A stretch of 63,769 bases of DNA, filler included, from Octopus bimaculoides (GCF_001194135.2; 6 parts of 6 records of this genome joined end to end with filler, not necessarily neighbours in it); one strand, 5' to 3'. Shown: positions 1 through 13,873, counted from the first letter of the whole stretch. Notes: generated by a model not told the origin, from the letters alone. Made by a program: numbers and translations.

Positions 1-493
1 TATGCATGTATATATGTGTATATATGTGTACATATTACATGTACATCTATACATATGTATACATATACATGTATGCATATAGATCTATATCTCTATATAT
101 ATCTATACATATACGTGTACATATACGTGTACATATACGTGTACATATACGTGTACATATACATCTATATGTATACATATACATCTCTCTCTCTGAAACC
201 ATTAAAGTGAAAGTATCTGTCATTATAGTATCGAAATGTGATTGTTTCAGTTAGTGGAATAGTTTCATTTTTAAAGTGAAAGTATTTGACATGAGTGTTT
301 TTGTTTCACTTTTGACACGTAATACTTAAATAGTGGAGGAGATATTATGTTGCTGTGGGCTCGAACTATGCAAGAAGTTAAACATTTCTTTTGAGTAAAA
401 CACAACCGGGACCCTAAGTAAGGCACGTGGAAAATTTGAATGAAATTGGTTGTATAGTTCTTGAGTTTTAGGGAAACACACACACACACACAC

Positions 494-528
<35 letters not shown>

Positions 529-639
529 CACATTCTCATTTTTATATATATAGATAATTGTATAACTATATAATATTATTATAATATGTGTGTGTGTGTG
601 TGTGTGTATGTGTGTGTTTATATGCATACATCTTTTATC

Positions 640-1150
640 GCTTGTTCGCTTGTTTCGGTCATCCTATTTTAACCTTTACCCTAATATGTTCTAATATAAG
701 GCGGTCAATTAACAGAATCAATCGAGTGTTCGATACGTAGCCTAGACGTATTCGATCTGATTCTCTTTTCTCTGATTTTAAACGTTACCAAGTTAAATTG
801 TGCCGCCATTCTGTCATCGTCAGCGTGCATCTCAAACAGTCACGCTTAGCAGTACCTCCGTGCTTCTAGTGTTCATCTTGTACCGGAAGTAGCTCACAGC
901 AGCAGTGTCAGGCCAGGGATCACTTGTTAGTTATCCATGGTAGTCTCCGGACCGAATATCTTCCGAAAAACGCCACTTAGTTCGTCTTCGTAAGCCCAGA
1001 GTTTCCCTGAAAATGTCATCGCTCTTACCCAGCACGGAGATTTCTCTGTATATTGCTAACGTACAACTTACACCGACCGGATTGCCCAATTGATTGAGAG
1101 CCGTGACGAGGGTGATCTTCACAAATATTTCTCGAATATGTCTTCTACTA
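640..1150. promoter_or_regulatory. CpG-richer promoter-like segment
   Basis: Unique, CpG-enriched sequence in an AT-rich background, with an ETS-type CCGGAAGT at 883-890 and a YY1-like AGAATGGCGGC on the - strand around 802-812. No transcript evidence. Confidence 0.3.
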
Positions 1151-1530
1151 TAGCCACGTGAGTGGATTTAGTAGACAGGAGCTGAAAGAGGCCTATATAT
1201 ATATATGTATGTATGTATGTATATATATATATANNNNNNNNNNNNNNNNNNNNNNNNNNNNNNNNNNNNNNNNNNNNNNNNNNNNNNNNNNNNNNNNNNN
1301 NNNNNNNNNNNNNNNNNNNNNNNNNNNNNNNNNNNNNNNNNNNNNNNNNNNNNNNNNNNNNNNNNNNNNNNNNNNNNNNNNNNNNNNNNNNNNNNNNNNN
1401 NNNNNNNNNNNNNNNNNNNNNNNNNNNNNNNNNNNNNNNNNNNNNNNNNNNNNNNNNNNNNNNNNNNNNNNNNNNNNNNNNNNNNNNNNNNNNNNNNNNN
1501 NNNNNNNNNNNNNNNNNNNNNNNNNNNNNN

Positions 1531-1562
<32 letters not shown>

Positions 1563-3759
1563 CTTGATCTGATAGAACTTCTGTTAACACCAGTGACTAC
1601 AAAAAAAAAAGATAAAACTTCTACAAGAGACTCCCTTCAAAATTTCTGATTGAAAGAAAAAGGACGAGGGAGAGGAGCAAGCAGAAAGACTGAGTGCAAC
1701 ACAGCATTCGCTGATTAACGGACAGCAGGTAAGTTTTATGAAGGATGTTTATCTAATCTATAAAGTCTTTTCATTCCCTCCTTCATGATCGTTCATCTTT
1801 GGCCGGAATGGTTTAGAAAGTGTCGTACAAATATCATATATTGTACTATACACACACACACAGACACACGCACGCACGCACACACACACACACGCACATA
1901 GACACACGCACATGCCCACATTTACATACACACGCACGTGCACACACATACACGCACACACACATACACGCACGCACGCACACACACGCACATACACACA
2001 TTTACATACACACACATATACATACGCACACGCATACACACACACATACACGCACGCACACACACGCACACACACACGCACACACACACGCGCACATACA
2101 TGCACGCACACACATCCATGCACATACACACATCTACATACACACACACACGCACANNNNNNNNNNNNNNNNNNNNNNNNNNNNNNNNNNNNNNNNNNNN
2201 NNNNNNNNNNNNNNNNNNNNNNNNNNNNNNNNNNNNNNNNNNNNNNNNNNNNNNNNNNNNNNNNNNNNNNNNNNNNNNNNNNNNNNNNNNNNNNNNNNNN
2301 NNNNNNNNNNNNNNNNNNNNNNNNNNNNNNNNNNNNNNNNNNNNNNNNNNNNNNNNNNNNNNNNNNNNNNNNNNNNNNNNNNNNNNNNNNNNNNNNNNNN
2401 NNNNNNNNNNNNNNNNNNNNNNNNNNNNNNNNNNNNNNNNNNNNNNNNNNNNNNNNNNNNNNNNNNNNNNNNNNNNNNNNNNNNNNNNNNNNNNNNNNNN
2501 NNNNNNNNNNNNNNNNNNNNNNNNNNNNNNNNNNNNNNNNNNNNNNNNNNNNNNNNNNNNNNNNNNNNNNNNNNNNNNNNNNNNNNNNNNNNNNNNNNNN
2601 NNNNNNNNNNNNNNNNNNNNNNNNNNNNNNNNNNNNNNNNNNNNNNNNNNNNNNNNNNNNNNNNNNNNNNNNNNNNNNNNNNNNNNNNNNNNNNNNNNNN
2701 NNNNNNNNNNNNNNNNNNNNNNNNNNNNNNNNNNNNNNNNNNNNNNNNNNNNNNNNNNNNNNNNNNNNNNNNNNNNNNNNNNNNNNNNNNNNNNNNNNNN
2801 NNNNNNNNNNNNNNNNNTTTCAAGTAATTCTGAAATTTCCATATCAATTAAATATTTTAATTTTCGGCGACAATCTTGTCTTTGGAATATTTCTTAGATT
2901 CTATTTTCATTTTCAATTTATATATTCTTTCTTGTTTGTTATTTCTTTTCTTTTTAAATATTTAACTATTACCGATACAAAAAAAAAAAAAAAACAAACA
3001 GCAACAACAAAGTTTAGTATTTACAAGTCTAATATGAACTATGTACAGCAGATATATTTAACCGGAAGTCTTAGTTATGTTCGATTGGAAGTCTTGGGTG
3101 TATTTAACAGAAGTCTCAGTTGCATTTACCATCAAAAGTTAAGTAAAGACAGAGTCAAAAGGCTGAGAGACAAGGAGTTACGAGGGACATCGTTGATGGA
3201 GTCGAGAATGGCGATGAAAGGACTCTGAGAAACCAACCGATTGATTAATTGAACGATGAATCAAGCAATTGGTTAGCTTACTGGCAAATAATAATAATGA
3301 TTGTTTCTGATTTAGACAGCTAGGGGTTAAATCAATACGATTTGCCCCAGTAATTGATTGACACTTGTTTTATCAATCTCGGCGGAATTTAAACTCAGAA
3401 TGTAACAAGCAGGAAAAGCGGAGGATGTCACTTTAGAGGTATTTGGCAACTAGAGGATCCTTCTCTGAGTTGATTCTATGTATTAATTAATACTGGTTTC
3501 AAAGACGACCTCAGCGGAAATTGAACTCACAACATAAAGACGGACGAAATGCCGCTAAAGCATTTTTTCCCGGCGTGCTAACGATTCTGCCACCTCGCCT
3601 CTCATGGATTAATGTTATGGATTAACGTTTTCAGACTTCGTAATGTGATCCCATTTCTGTATGGGATCCTATTATGTATGTATGTATGTATGTATGTATG
3701 CATGCATCTATATATATATCTATGTAATAAAGAGGCAATTATGCGGATAAACAAATATT

Positions 3760-4134
3760 GTTGTTGTTGGCACTTCGTCGTTTACGACGTCGAGGGTTCC
3801 AGTTGATCCAATCAACGGAACAGCCTGCTCGTGAAATTAACGTGCAAGTGGCTGAGCACTCCACAGACACGTGTACCCTTAACGTAGTTCTCGGGGATAT
3901 TCAGTGTGACACAGTTTGACAAGGCTGGCCCTTTGAATTACAGGCACAACAGAAACAGGAAGAAAGAGTGAGAGAAAGTTGTGGTGAAAGAGTACAGCAG
4001 GGTTCGCCACCATCCCCTGCCGGAGCCTCGTGTTTTCGCTCAATAAATACTCACAACGCCCGGTCTGGGAATCGAAACCGCGATACTATGACCGCGAGTC
4101 CGCTGCCCTAACCACTGGGCCATTGCGCCTCCAC
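3760..4134 (-). mobile_element. tRNA-derived SINE (family B), full length, with 11-bp TSD
   Basis: The reverse complement starts GTGGAGGCGCAATGGCCCAGTGGTTAGGG (A box) and contains GGTTTCGATTCCC (B box). TSD AAACAAATATT at 3749-3759 and 4135-4145. Near-identical to the copies at 11485, 36631 and 42925. Confidence 0.9.
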
Positions 4135-4605
4135 AAACAAATATTAGACATATTAAAATATAACAGTTTGTGTATGAAATACAAAATGTGTATATATGTA
4201 TACAAGCAAAACGAGAGATAGCAAAGAGTGAAGACTTTCAGACGATGGATGTTTTAGTATAAATAAATAGATGGTTATATTAATAAATCCAACTTGCATA
4301 GAGTACAAACGACAGAGAGACAGGTGGATGAAAGGTGTTATAAGCCCAACAGTTGTTTCTGGGAGCTCGGAGATCCATCATAATGGAAGCACTCAGCATT
4401 GGATAGGATAAGCCTCCGTCGTCAGAGTAGAAAAAAATCTTACATTTCAGATCTTAATACAGGGATGTTCAAAGATGGAATGATTCAATGTGGAGAGAGA
4501 GCTGTATTGTGTATGTATTATGAGTGTGTGCATGTGCATGCGTGTGTATGTGTGTGTTTGTATATTTGTGTACATGGTTGTGTGTGTGTGTGTGTTTGCG
4601 TGTGT

Positions 4606-4663
<58 letters not shown>

Positions 4664-4936
4664 NNNNNNNNNNNNNNNNNNNNNNNNNNNNNNNNNNNNN
4701 NNNNNNNNNNNNNNNNNNNNNNNNNNNNNNNNNNNNNNNNNNNNNNNNNNNNNNNNNNNNNNNNNNNNNNNNNNNNNNNNNNNNNNNNNNNNNNNNNNNN
4801 NNNNNNNNNNNNNNNNNNNNNNNNNNNNNNNNNNNNNNNNNNNNNNNNNNNNNNNNNNNNNNNNNNNNNNNNNNNNNNNNNNNNNNNNNNNNNNNNNNNN
4901 NNNNNNNNNNNNNNNNNNNNNNNNNNNNNNNNNNNN

Positions 4937-4990
<54 letters not shown>

Positions 4991-5537
4991 ATTTATATAT
5001 TGTTTAAATATATATAATATATACATTATATGTATGTATACATATTTATTTATAAGTATATAGATATATGTATATACACATACATACATGTATAAGTATA
5101 TATAAGTACAAATGTGTGTGTATATATGTATGTACGTATGTATGTATGTATATATAAACATCAGCCAACGTATGTATATTGGACACACAGCTTATTCCAT
5201 TGTGTCTCTCTCCTTACTTTGTTGCCGAGTAGTAACCATGGCAACGAAATGACAGCTAGACACATATTTTTTCCTGGTTTCAGTCAAAACTTCCATGAAG
5301 CGCAAATCTACTTTTGATGATATCATTACTTCTTTACACATTTGTTTTCTTTAATTCTGTCAATGAGAGGAAAAAGAAAAAAAACAACATTGCCCCACCC
5401 ATACCCCTCCAGTTTCTCTCTGCGCCTCTCTCGCTCTCTCTTTTCCTCCCCACTCTCTTTCTTTCTTCGTGTCTTTTTACCTTTCAAAGCATTCCAGCCG
5501 AACCATTCCTCATCATTAGTATATTGAAGAATAAGTA

Positions 5538-5757
5538 AACGAGGGGGTGCTGAAAAGTTCCTGGCTCTAAGGGTACTGCGATAGACCTGGTGAGAAGCCC
5601 AACCTTCGGTGTTCTTTTGCAGGGCTTAGAAAAACTGAAGGGATCGCCGCAATAAGTGTGTGAATCTGAGAGGGGAACGTTGACTACAATTATAATTAAC
5701 TGATCCTCCTTTGTTTTCTTTTATTCAAAGTCAGGAACTTTTCTGCAACCCGTCGTA
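5538..5757 (+). mobile_element. mariner-derived MITE
   Basis: Imperfect TIRs ACGAGGGGGTGCTGAAAAGTTCCTGGCT / AGTCAGGAACTTTTCTGCAACCCGTCGT. The internal remnant translates to DRRNKCVNLRGE, like a mariner transposase C-terminus (RWxKCIxxxGxY). Confidence 0.7.
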
Positions 5758-8485
5758 TGTGCTGAATTTTAGCCTATATTTTTAATGTTTCTTCCTTTTC
5801 GAAAATGGTAATGTGTGCGTGCTTTGAGGGTGATTTGAGTGCTATTACCACCAGCCGGGTGAACCACGTAGAGGCAACCACATTTGTAATTTTATGTAGA
5901 GAATAGTTTATAACACAATGTGATATTTTCCGTTTAATTACTGTTACAAAGTTTTATTCGTCTCAGAATAGTAAGCGAGATCCATCTTGATATCGTTGTT
6001 ACCTCAAACATCTACTCTACAATATTTGGCACACTGTGCTGTTGTTTCTAGCAACTTACTTTCTGGTTTCTCAAAAGGCTGTCGTTATCTCTTATCTTCC
6101 AACGTACTTGAAGAAGATGAGAACCTTTCACTTGGTGACTTCCATTCAAACACCCGGAGTTTGTTGTGGTGTTTATGGAGAGTCTTGATTGAAATTCTCT
6201 GATTTGCTGAGGCTAATTGTGGATTCAAAATGTTTACAGGACCCTCTGTAAGTTTGTTGACGATGACAACTTCATAAGTGCCGTGGGAGGGCAGTCATCA
6301 GCGAGCAACACTTCAAAATAAGAACCTGTCATTTGGGTCACGCTGCGGCCTTCCAGGATCAAAGAAAGAGCTATGCAGTCTACATCTCAAGAAGACCCCT
6401 TGATCAAAATCATATAGAACATGATTAGGGACACACATAAGTAACTTCTTGAAAAAAAAACGAAGGTGAGCATACAGCCCTGCATCGCTCCCTTACAGAT
6501 AGTAAACAGCTACTTTAAGATGTTGCAGAAACACTTCAGTTTTGCTCTTACTACGATGTTAGTGTGATTTGATGGAGATTTGGCAGCTATGTCTAGCAAA
6601 TCGAGTGACCACATAAAAATTACCTTCTTAGTTCATCTTCAGATGCATTCTATCGTTCTAGAGAACTATCTATGTATGCCGAAGAAGGTTGAACGATGGT
6701 GATGAGACGATTAGCAATAAAGAACATTTTGTAGACAGCAAAACTATGCCAGTTCCTTAACATTACAAACTATATTTGACAATTGCAAAGTCAAATCTTT
6801 AACATTGTTACATTGAGAATATTTAGTTACTATTAATAATGAGTGGGTCATTAAATTTTTAGGTCTGCAAAGTTAAATCAAGAAACAAGTTTCCATTAAA
6901 AGTTCTAATTTAGGCAAGTCAAAGTTGGTTTTATGAAATTATTGAATATTACAAGGTTTCGCTCGTTTCCATTCAACAATAAAATCGAAGACTTTGTTGA
7001 ATAATTCATATCGCAACAGAATTTGACCTGCAACTTCACAACAACGATTATTTAGTCCTGACAGACAAACAAATCTTTATAAACAGCACGACTTCTCTTG
7101 TAGATTTCCATCAAAGTATCTGAAGCTTAAAGCATTCTAAGAAACAACTAAATTTTCAGTTACGGTTTGAAATTCAACTTCGGTCGATCTTACGTTTCCA
7201 GAGGCTTCACTGTATCGACCGCAAGTTCCCTTTACAAAATTAACCTTAGACTAATCAGATGAAGAGAAAGACAATCCCGTTATTGTTTTTTAACCTCCCA
7301 GATTGGTTCGATCGATGTGTCTTAATCTCAGCTTGAATACAGATAACCTAGTGAACAACGTGTAACTACAGTTTTGGACAGTAAAAAAAGAACCCTAGCG
7401 CTACGTTGTGGCGTAGACGAACGGATTTAATATTCAACGGCCTAAATGTAAGTAGCTATACCAATTTATTTACACAATAGTAGTGAATTTCATGTCGCCT
7501 ACGCACTTTCAATTCCTACCTTCATTCGTAATTTACAATTAAATTTCATTATGAATTTAAAAGGTGAAAATCTCTTCAAGGCAAAAATTGACATAAATTC
7601 ATCTTAAAGGATGAAGAGTTCCTTACAGACTGAAATAGCAACTTGTGTATGTGTGTGTATGTGTGTGTGTGCGCGCGCGCGTGTGAGTATGTGTATCTTT
7701 GGACTTCATTCTAAGAATAGCTAGAGGTTAAACTACGACTACAGTGGACAATAGTTAGTAGTAGTCCTGAAGAACTAGGTCATATTGTTATTCACCCTTT
7801 ATGGCATTGATTTTTAGGCTTGATTTTTAGAGGCTGTCTGGCACTCCTAACCCTACTCACTTGGCAAAAATAAAAATAAAAATAATAAAAATATATACGT
7901 GTAATTAGCAAGCATTCAAATCAATATATTTAACATCTACTTATTTAGTTAAGAGAATTTCAATTTTTAAAATAATTTTTTTATTTATTTGTTTAGATGT
8001 ATTAGTCTTATCTGTTGATAGTTCGGGTTATTATATATATTTAATTGAATTAGTTTTTATATATTTTGCTGTGAGTACTATTTACATTGTATCACATGCA
8101 TGGAGTTAGACTATTTTCAAATGGTGAGAGTATATTTCATTTTAAAATGTATTCCTATGTTTACTTTAATTTTATTATTAATGGTGTGTTTATTTACAAA
8201 TAAATTATTTAAAATTTATGTAAAATGAATATACATAAATTTATACCCACACGCACACACATATGTATATATAAATTTATATATATNNNNNNNNNNNNNN
8301 NNNNNNNNNNNNNNNNNNNNNNNNNNNNNNNNNNNNNNNNNNNNNNNNNNNNNNNNNNNNNNNNNNNNNNNNNNNNNNNNNNNNNNNNNNNNNNNNNNNN
8401 NNNNNNNNNNNNNNNNNNNNNNNNNNNNNNNNNNNNNNNNNNNNNNNNNNNNNNNNNNNNNNNNNNNNNNNNNNNNNNNNNNNNN

Positions 8486-8537
<52 letters not shown>

Positions 8538-8689
8538 GTTTAACATTGGTTGCAATTGTTTCAGTAACTGTCCGCTTCGAACATAGCATTACATATAAAT
8601 AATTATATGCGATAAATTGCATAAGATATATCATGATGAAGAGTGTATCGATGAATTGCAACTGCGAACAACAGTACGAAGTGGACGAA

Positions 8690-8946
8690 CAGTGCAATGG
8701 TGGTGGTAGTACCGGCAGTAGTGGTGGGAGGTTTGCCCATTGTTGTGTTGATGATAGTGGTGGTGAAGGTAGCGGTGGCAGTGATGGTGGTAGTGGTGGT
8801 GGTGGTGGTAGTGATAATTGTGATGTTTGGCGGGGGTGATGCTGGAGGTGCCATTGTCAGTGAGTGTTGTTGCTAGTAGTGATGGTGGTGGTGACGGCGG
8901 CGGTGGCGGCGGTGGTGGTGGTGACGGCGGTGGTGGGAGTGGTGGT
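8690..8946. repeat. (GGT)n/(GGC)n low-complexity tract
   Basis: Directly visible trinucleotide repeats. Confidence 0.9.
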
Positions 8947-9224
8947 CCTCGTCTCTGATCGTTCGAAGTGTAGATACAACCAGAAGAGCCTTCACAGTCG
9001 GCCATGAAACGTTGCAATTGGCAAAAGGATTAGCTGGAAGCGAAGGAAGCAGTTAATTATTCCAGTCATGTAGACAGGGAGGTTTACCATCCTATAGGAA
9101 GATAATGGAAGCAGGAATTTCAAATAGAATTAGAAAAGAACTTCACCAATACTTTCCATATTCCTGGCTTGCTTCCATTCACATGGCGGCTTTCGCAGTC
9201 ACGATCACATATCTATCAATATAT

Positions 9225-9398
9225 CCTCCTCCTCCTCCTTTTTCGTGTCATTGTTGTTGTTGTTGTTCTTCTTCTTCTTCTTCTTCTTCTTCTTCTTCTT
9301 CTTCTTTTCTTCTTCTTTTCTTCTTCTTTTCTTCTTCTTTTCTTCTTCTTTTCTTGTTCTTGTTCTTCTTGTTCTGCTTGTTCTTCTTGTTCTCCTCC

Positions 9399-9430
<32 letters not shown>

Positions 9431-9445
9431 CTCCTCTTCCTCCTC
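9225..9445. repeat. compound (CCT)n-(GTT)n-(CTT)n microsatellite
   Basis: Directly visible; explains the poly-L/S/F ORFs at 9105-9501. Confidence 0.95.
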
Positions 9446-9489
9446 NNNNNNNNNNNNNNNNNNNNNNNNNNNNNNNNNNNNNNNNNNNN

Positions 9490-9501
9490 TTAATTAATTA
9501 A
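9490..9501. other. artificial scaffold spacer TTAATTAATTAA (also 35506-35517, 53562-53573, 59563-59574, 61588-61599)
   Basis: The same 12-mer, with stops in all six frames, sits between two runs of about 44 N each time (about 100 bp in total). Assembly artefact, not biology. Confidence 0.95.
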
Positions 9502-10123
9502 NNNNNNNNNNNNNNNNNNNNNNNNNNNNNNNNNNNNNNNNNNNNCCCTCCGAAGATCTCTCTGCTTCCCCAACTCTTTTATCTGCTTCTCCAAGTCCCT
9601 TCTCTGCTCTTCCTGATTCCCCCCCGTCTCCCTCTACCACTCTACCACTCTTCCTGGTTCCCCCCCACCGTCTCCTGTCTCTTTCAGCTCTTTGTCTTTT
9701 CCTCATCTCCTTTATCTCTTTTCATTACTCTATCTCTTTCCTATCCCTCTGTCTCTTCCTTTCCTTCCATCTCCAGTCCCCATCTCTCCTCTCACCTTTC
9801 CTTTCACTCTCCCACCAAGACTAAACACTTTGTTACATAATCTTAGTTTGGTCTACTTTTGGACATCTAGGCAGTTCTAAAGATATTGTCTTTTTCACTC
9901 TCTTCCTTACCCCTTTCTTTGTGTATGTCTGTGTATGTGTGTATGCATGTATGCATGCATGTATGTATGTATGCACACAAACATTCAATTTAAACAAAAA
10001 TGAAAAATAACTTGGAGTGGCCAGTGGCATGTATATGAACACAGGCACAAAACAGGTATATCAAATACCACACAACATAATACATGGGTTTTGATATACC
10101 TGTAGTTGTGTGTATGTGTGTAC

Positions 10124-10157
<34 letters not shown>

Positions 10158-10845
10158 ATAATTAAGGGATCAGCAAACATTTGCTTCACCACATACCGAA
10201 GTTCAGAAATAGCAGCTAAAAAAGCTGAGACTCCAACAGATAGCATTACTTGTAACTCACAAAGGCAAAAACAAAAAGAAAAAACAAATGAAAACTAACT
10301 GTTCGAAGTTAATCATAAGGGCTTGGTAAAAATTATTAATTGTTGATTTATTAATAAATTAATAAATTGATAAACCTTTACCCTTTTAATTGTATATATA
10401 TATATACNNNNNNNNNNNNNNNNNNNNNNNNNNNNNNNNNNNNNNNNNNNNNNNNNNNNNNNNNNNNNNNNNNNNNNNNNNNNNNNNNNNNNNNNNNNNN
10501 NNNNNNNNNNNNNNNNNNNNNNNNNNNNNNNNNNNNNNNNNNNNNNNNNNNNNNNNNNNNNNNNNNNNNNNNNNNNNNNNNNNNNNNNNNNNNNNNNNNN
10601 NNNNNNNNNNNNNNNNNNNNNNNNNNNNNNNNNNNNNNNNNNNNNNNNNNNNNNNNNNNNNNNNNNNNNNNNNNNNNNNNNNNNNNNNNNNNNNNNNNNN
10701 NNNNNNNNNNNNNNNNNNNNNNNNNNNNNNNNNNNNNNNNNNNNNNNNNNNNNNNNNNNNNNNNNNNNNNNNNNNNNNTTTGTTAAATAAAATTTGTTGA
10801 AAAAAAACCCCCAATAATTATGCACCAACCTAATACACACACACA

Positions 10846-11076
10846 GGCGGCGAACTGGCAGAAACGTTAGCACGCCGGGCGAAATGCTTAGTGGTATTTC
10901 GTCTGCTGCTACGTTCTGAGTTCAAATTCCGCCGAGGTCGACTTTGCCTTTCATCCTTTCGGGGTCGATCAAATAAGTACCAGTTACGCACTGGGGTCGG
11001 TATAATCGACTTAATCCGTTTGTCTGTCCTTGTTTGTCCCCTCTGTGTGTAGCCCCTTGTGGGTAGTAAAGAAATA
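10846..11076 (+). mobile_element. SINE family C (Meta/MESC-domain-like)
   Basis: GGCGGCGAACTGGCAGAAACG head, B-box-like GAGTTCAAATTCC, and central GACTTTGCCTTTCATCCTTTCGGGGTCGAT...AAGTACCAG. Near-identical copy at 59071-59305. The Meta-domain label is from recall. Confidence 0.8.
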
Positions 11077-11484
11077 ACACACACACACACATTGCCAGAC
11101 GAATTACTTATACAGATAAGAGTTTTGTAGGTGCAAAACCAATGGTCACTCTGAATGACCATAACAATCAACCTATTTATATTTATGTCGTGGATGTGTG
11201 TTGATTTTATTCTGTTACCTTTTAGTTTATAACTCTAATCTGTTTATTAAACCAATCCATTAATTAATGCTGTAATTATGTGTCATCATTGTTAGGGGGC
11301 AGGGAGGAAGCAGTAACATCTGTAACTTTCTATACTAACTGCAAGTCAGATTGTAAATAATGTTAATAATTGAGATTGTGTGATTAACGCTGTGGTTAAT
11401 GGAATAGTTGTGGTTAATATTGTAGTTAATGACTTAGCTGTGGTTAAGGTGGTGGTGGTAGTGGTGGTGAGGGGTGTTGCTGCA

Positions 11485-11845
11485 GTTGTTGGCACTCCGT
11501 CGCTTACGACGTCAAGGGTTCCAGTTGATCCGCTCAACGGAACAGCCTGCTCGTGAAATTAACGTGCAAGTGGCTGAGCACTCCACACACACGTGTACCC
11601 TTAACGTAGTTCTCGGGGATATTCAGCGTGACACAGAGTGTGACAAGGCTGACCCTTTGAATTACAGGCACAACAGAAACAGGAAGTAAGAGTGAGAGAA
11701 AGTTGTGGTGAAAGAGTACAGCAGGGTTCGCCACCATCCCCTGTCGGAGCCACGTGGAGCTTTTAGGTGTTTTCGCTCAATAAACACTCAACACCCGGTC
11801 TGGGAATCGAAACCGTGATCCTATGACCGCGAGTCTGCTGCCCTA
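11485..11845 (-). mobile_element. tRNA-derived SINE family B (head runs into a gap)
   Basis: Near-identical to 3760-4134. Confidence 0.9.
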
Positions 11846-12276
11846 NNNNNNNNNNNNNNNNNNNNNNNNNNNNNNNNNNNNNNNNNNNNNNNNNNNNNNN
11901 NNNNNNNNNNNNNNNNNNNNNNNNNNNNNNNNNNNNNNNNNNNNNNNNNNNNNNNNNNNNNNNNNNNNNNNNNNNNNNNNNNNNNNNNNNNNNNNNNNNN
12001 NNNNNNNNNNNNNNNNNNNNNNNNNNNNNNNNNNNNNNNNNNNNNNNNNNNNNNNNNNNNNNNNNNNNNNNNNNNNNNNNNNNNNNNNNNNNNNNNNNNN
12101 NNNNNNNNNNNNNNNNNNNNNNNNNNNNNNNNNNNNNNNNNNNNNNNNNNNNNNNNNNNNNNNNNNNNNNNNNNNNNNNNNNNNNNNNNNNNNNNNNNNN
12201 NNNNNNNNNNNNNNNNNNNNNNNNNNNNNNNNNNNNNNNNNNNNNNNNNNNNNNNNNNNNNNNNNNNNNNNNNNNN

Positions 12277-12344
<68 letters not shown>

Positions 12345-12345
<1 letters not shown>

Positions 12346-12553
12346 CTGTGTCTGTGTTTGTCCCCCCAACATCGCTTGACAACCGATGCTGGTGTGTTTA
12401 CATCCCCGTAACTTAGCGGTTCGGCAAAAAGAGACCGATAGAATAAGTACTAGGCTTACAAAGAATAAGTCCTGGGGTTGATTCGCTCGACTAAAAAAGG
12501 TGGTGCTCCAGCATGGCCACAGTCAAATGACTGAAACAAGTAAAAGCGTAAAA
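12345..12553 (+). mobile_element. SINE family A, 3' half
   Basis: CAACATCGCTTGACAACCGATGCTGGTGTGTTTAC...GACTGAAACAAGTAAAAG matches the 3' half of 46466-46860. Similar tails at 17864-18066 and 49015-49211. Confidence 0.85.
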
Positions 12554-12571
12554 GAGTAATAAATCTATCAT

Positions 12572-12660
12572 TTTTTTTTTATGCAATTCCTAATAATATT
12601 TAATTACAAAAATGTTTTTTTTTAATGCAATTCTTAATAATATTTAATTACAAAAATGTT
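12572..12660. repeat. tandem duplication of a ~45-bp AT-rich unit
   Basis: TTTTTATGCAATTC(C/T)TAATAATATTTAATTACAAAAATGTTTT occurs twice. Confidence 0.85.
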
Positions 12661-13409
12661 TTGTTTTTTTTTAAACTTCAAATGGCTCTTGAGTATCCAG
12701 TAAAATAAGACAGGAATCAAAGTGATCCATAGATGAAAAATGGCTGAAAAGCAGTGGTCAAGATCAGTGCTCCACAACCTTTTTTTCAGTTGCAGTTCAA
12801 CAAGCCCTGTCCCCTAACATTTCTGGCCTTGTTCCTATTGTAGGAAGGATTATTAGTTCTTATTTAAGGTTTTGAATTAGCAAATTCATTAGCACGTCAG
12901 ACAAAATGCTTAGCAGCATTTCTTCTGGCTCCCTAGGTTCTAATTTCAAATCATACCAAGGCCAACCATTTTATCCTTTAGGTATTGATAAGATGAAAGG
13001 AAGGAGTGAATGGAGAGCCAAGTGCTCTTTCGCAGTGAATGTGGCAAAAATGTCTGTGGTAAATGGTCCTGTTTTAAGTATGCACCTGTGAATTGGAGAT
13101 CAACAGTTTGGTGAGGGCTTGATCCTTGGTGGTCAGGGTGGTCCTGGATCTGTGGGGTTCCCTAATTGGTCCTGGTGGGTGGTATCAGGACTGCATCCTA
13201 AATGTACTCATGTGTTTTGTATATTATGTATTCTCTGATCCCATTTTCTTTTCTCTTTCTTTCTCCTCATCCTTTAAGTAAACCTCCCACACAAATTGTA
13301 AACTGTCCTTGTAATGACCCTTCATATGATTCCCCTGTTGCAAATAAAAGTAATCCTTATTGCAATTATTCTTATTTGTAATTATTATTATTATTAAATA
13401 GGAAAAGCG

Positions 13410-13830
13410 CCAAGCTAGCAGAATCATTAGTATGCCGTCTTTATGCTCTGAGGTCAAATTCTGCTGAGGTCAACTTTGCCTTTCATCCTTTCAAGGTTGA
13501 TAAATTAAGTACCAGTGAAACACTGGGGTCGATGTCATTAACTATCCCCTTCCCCCAAATTTCTGACCTTGTGCCTATAATAGAAAGGATTATTATTAAA
13601 TAGGAAACCATTATCATTAAGCTAGTGAGCTGGCAGAATTATTAGTAAGACAGACAAAATACATAGCAGTATTTCCTACGTCAGAGTTCAAATTCTGCCA
13701 AGGTCAACTTTGCCTTCCATCCTTTTGGGGTTGATAAAATAAGTACCAGCTGAACACTGGGGTCGATGTAATCAACTTATCCCTCCCAGAAATTGCTGGC
13801 CTTGTGCCAAAATTTGAAACCAATATTGTT
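13410..13830 (+). mobile_element. two degenerate family C SINE copies in tandem
   Basis: The CTTTGCCTT(T/C)CATCCTTT...GATAAA(A/T)TAAGTACCAG...CACTGGGGTCGATG core appears twice. Other degenerate copies at ~24700-25390, 51130-51320 and 53196-53316. Confidence 0.7.
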
Positions 13831-13873
13831 GTTGTTATCATTATCATCGTTGTTATTTTTATTACTATTGCAG

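Noticed and set aside
8096-8123. ATG...AATG|gtgaga (MHGVRLFSN) as the CCDC50 first coding exon
   Set aside because: The phase fits but there is no recognisable similarity, and such matches are expected by chance.
9490-9501. Recurrent TTAATTAATTAA motif
   Set aside because: Always centred in a ~100-bp N spacer, so an assembly artefact.
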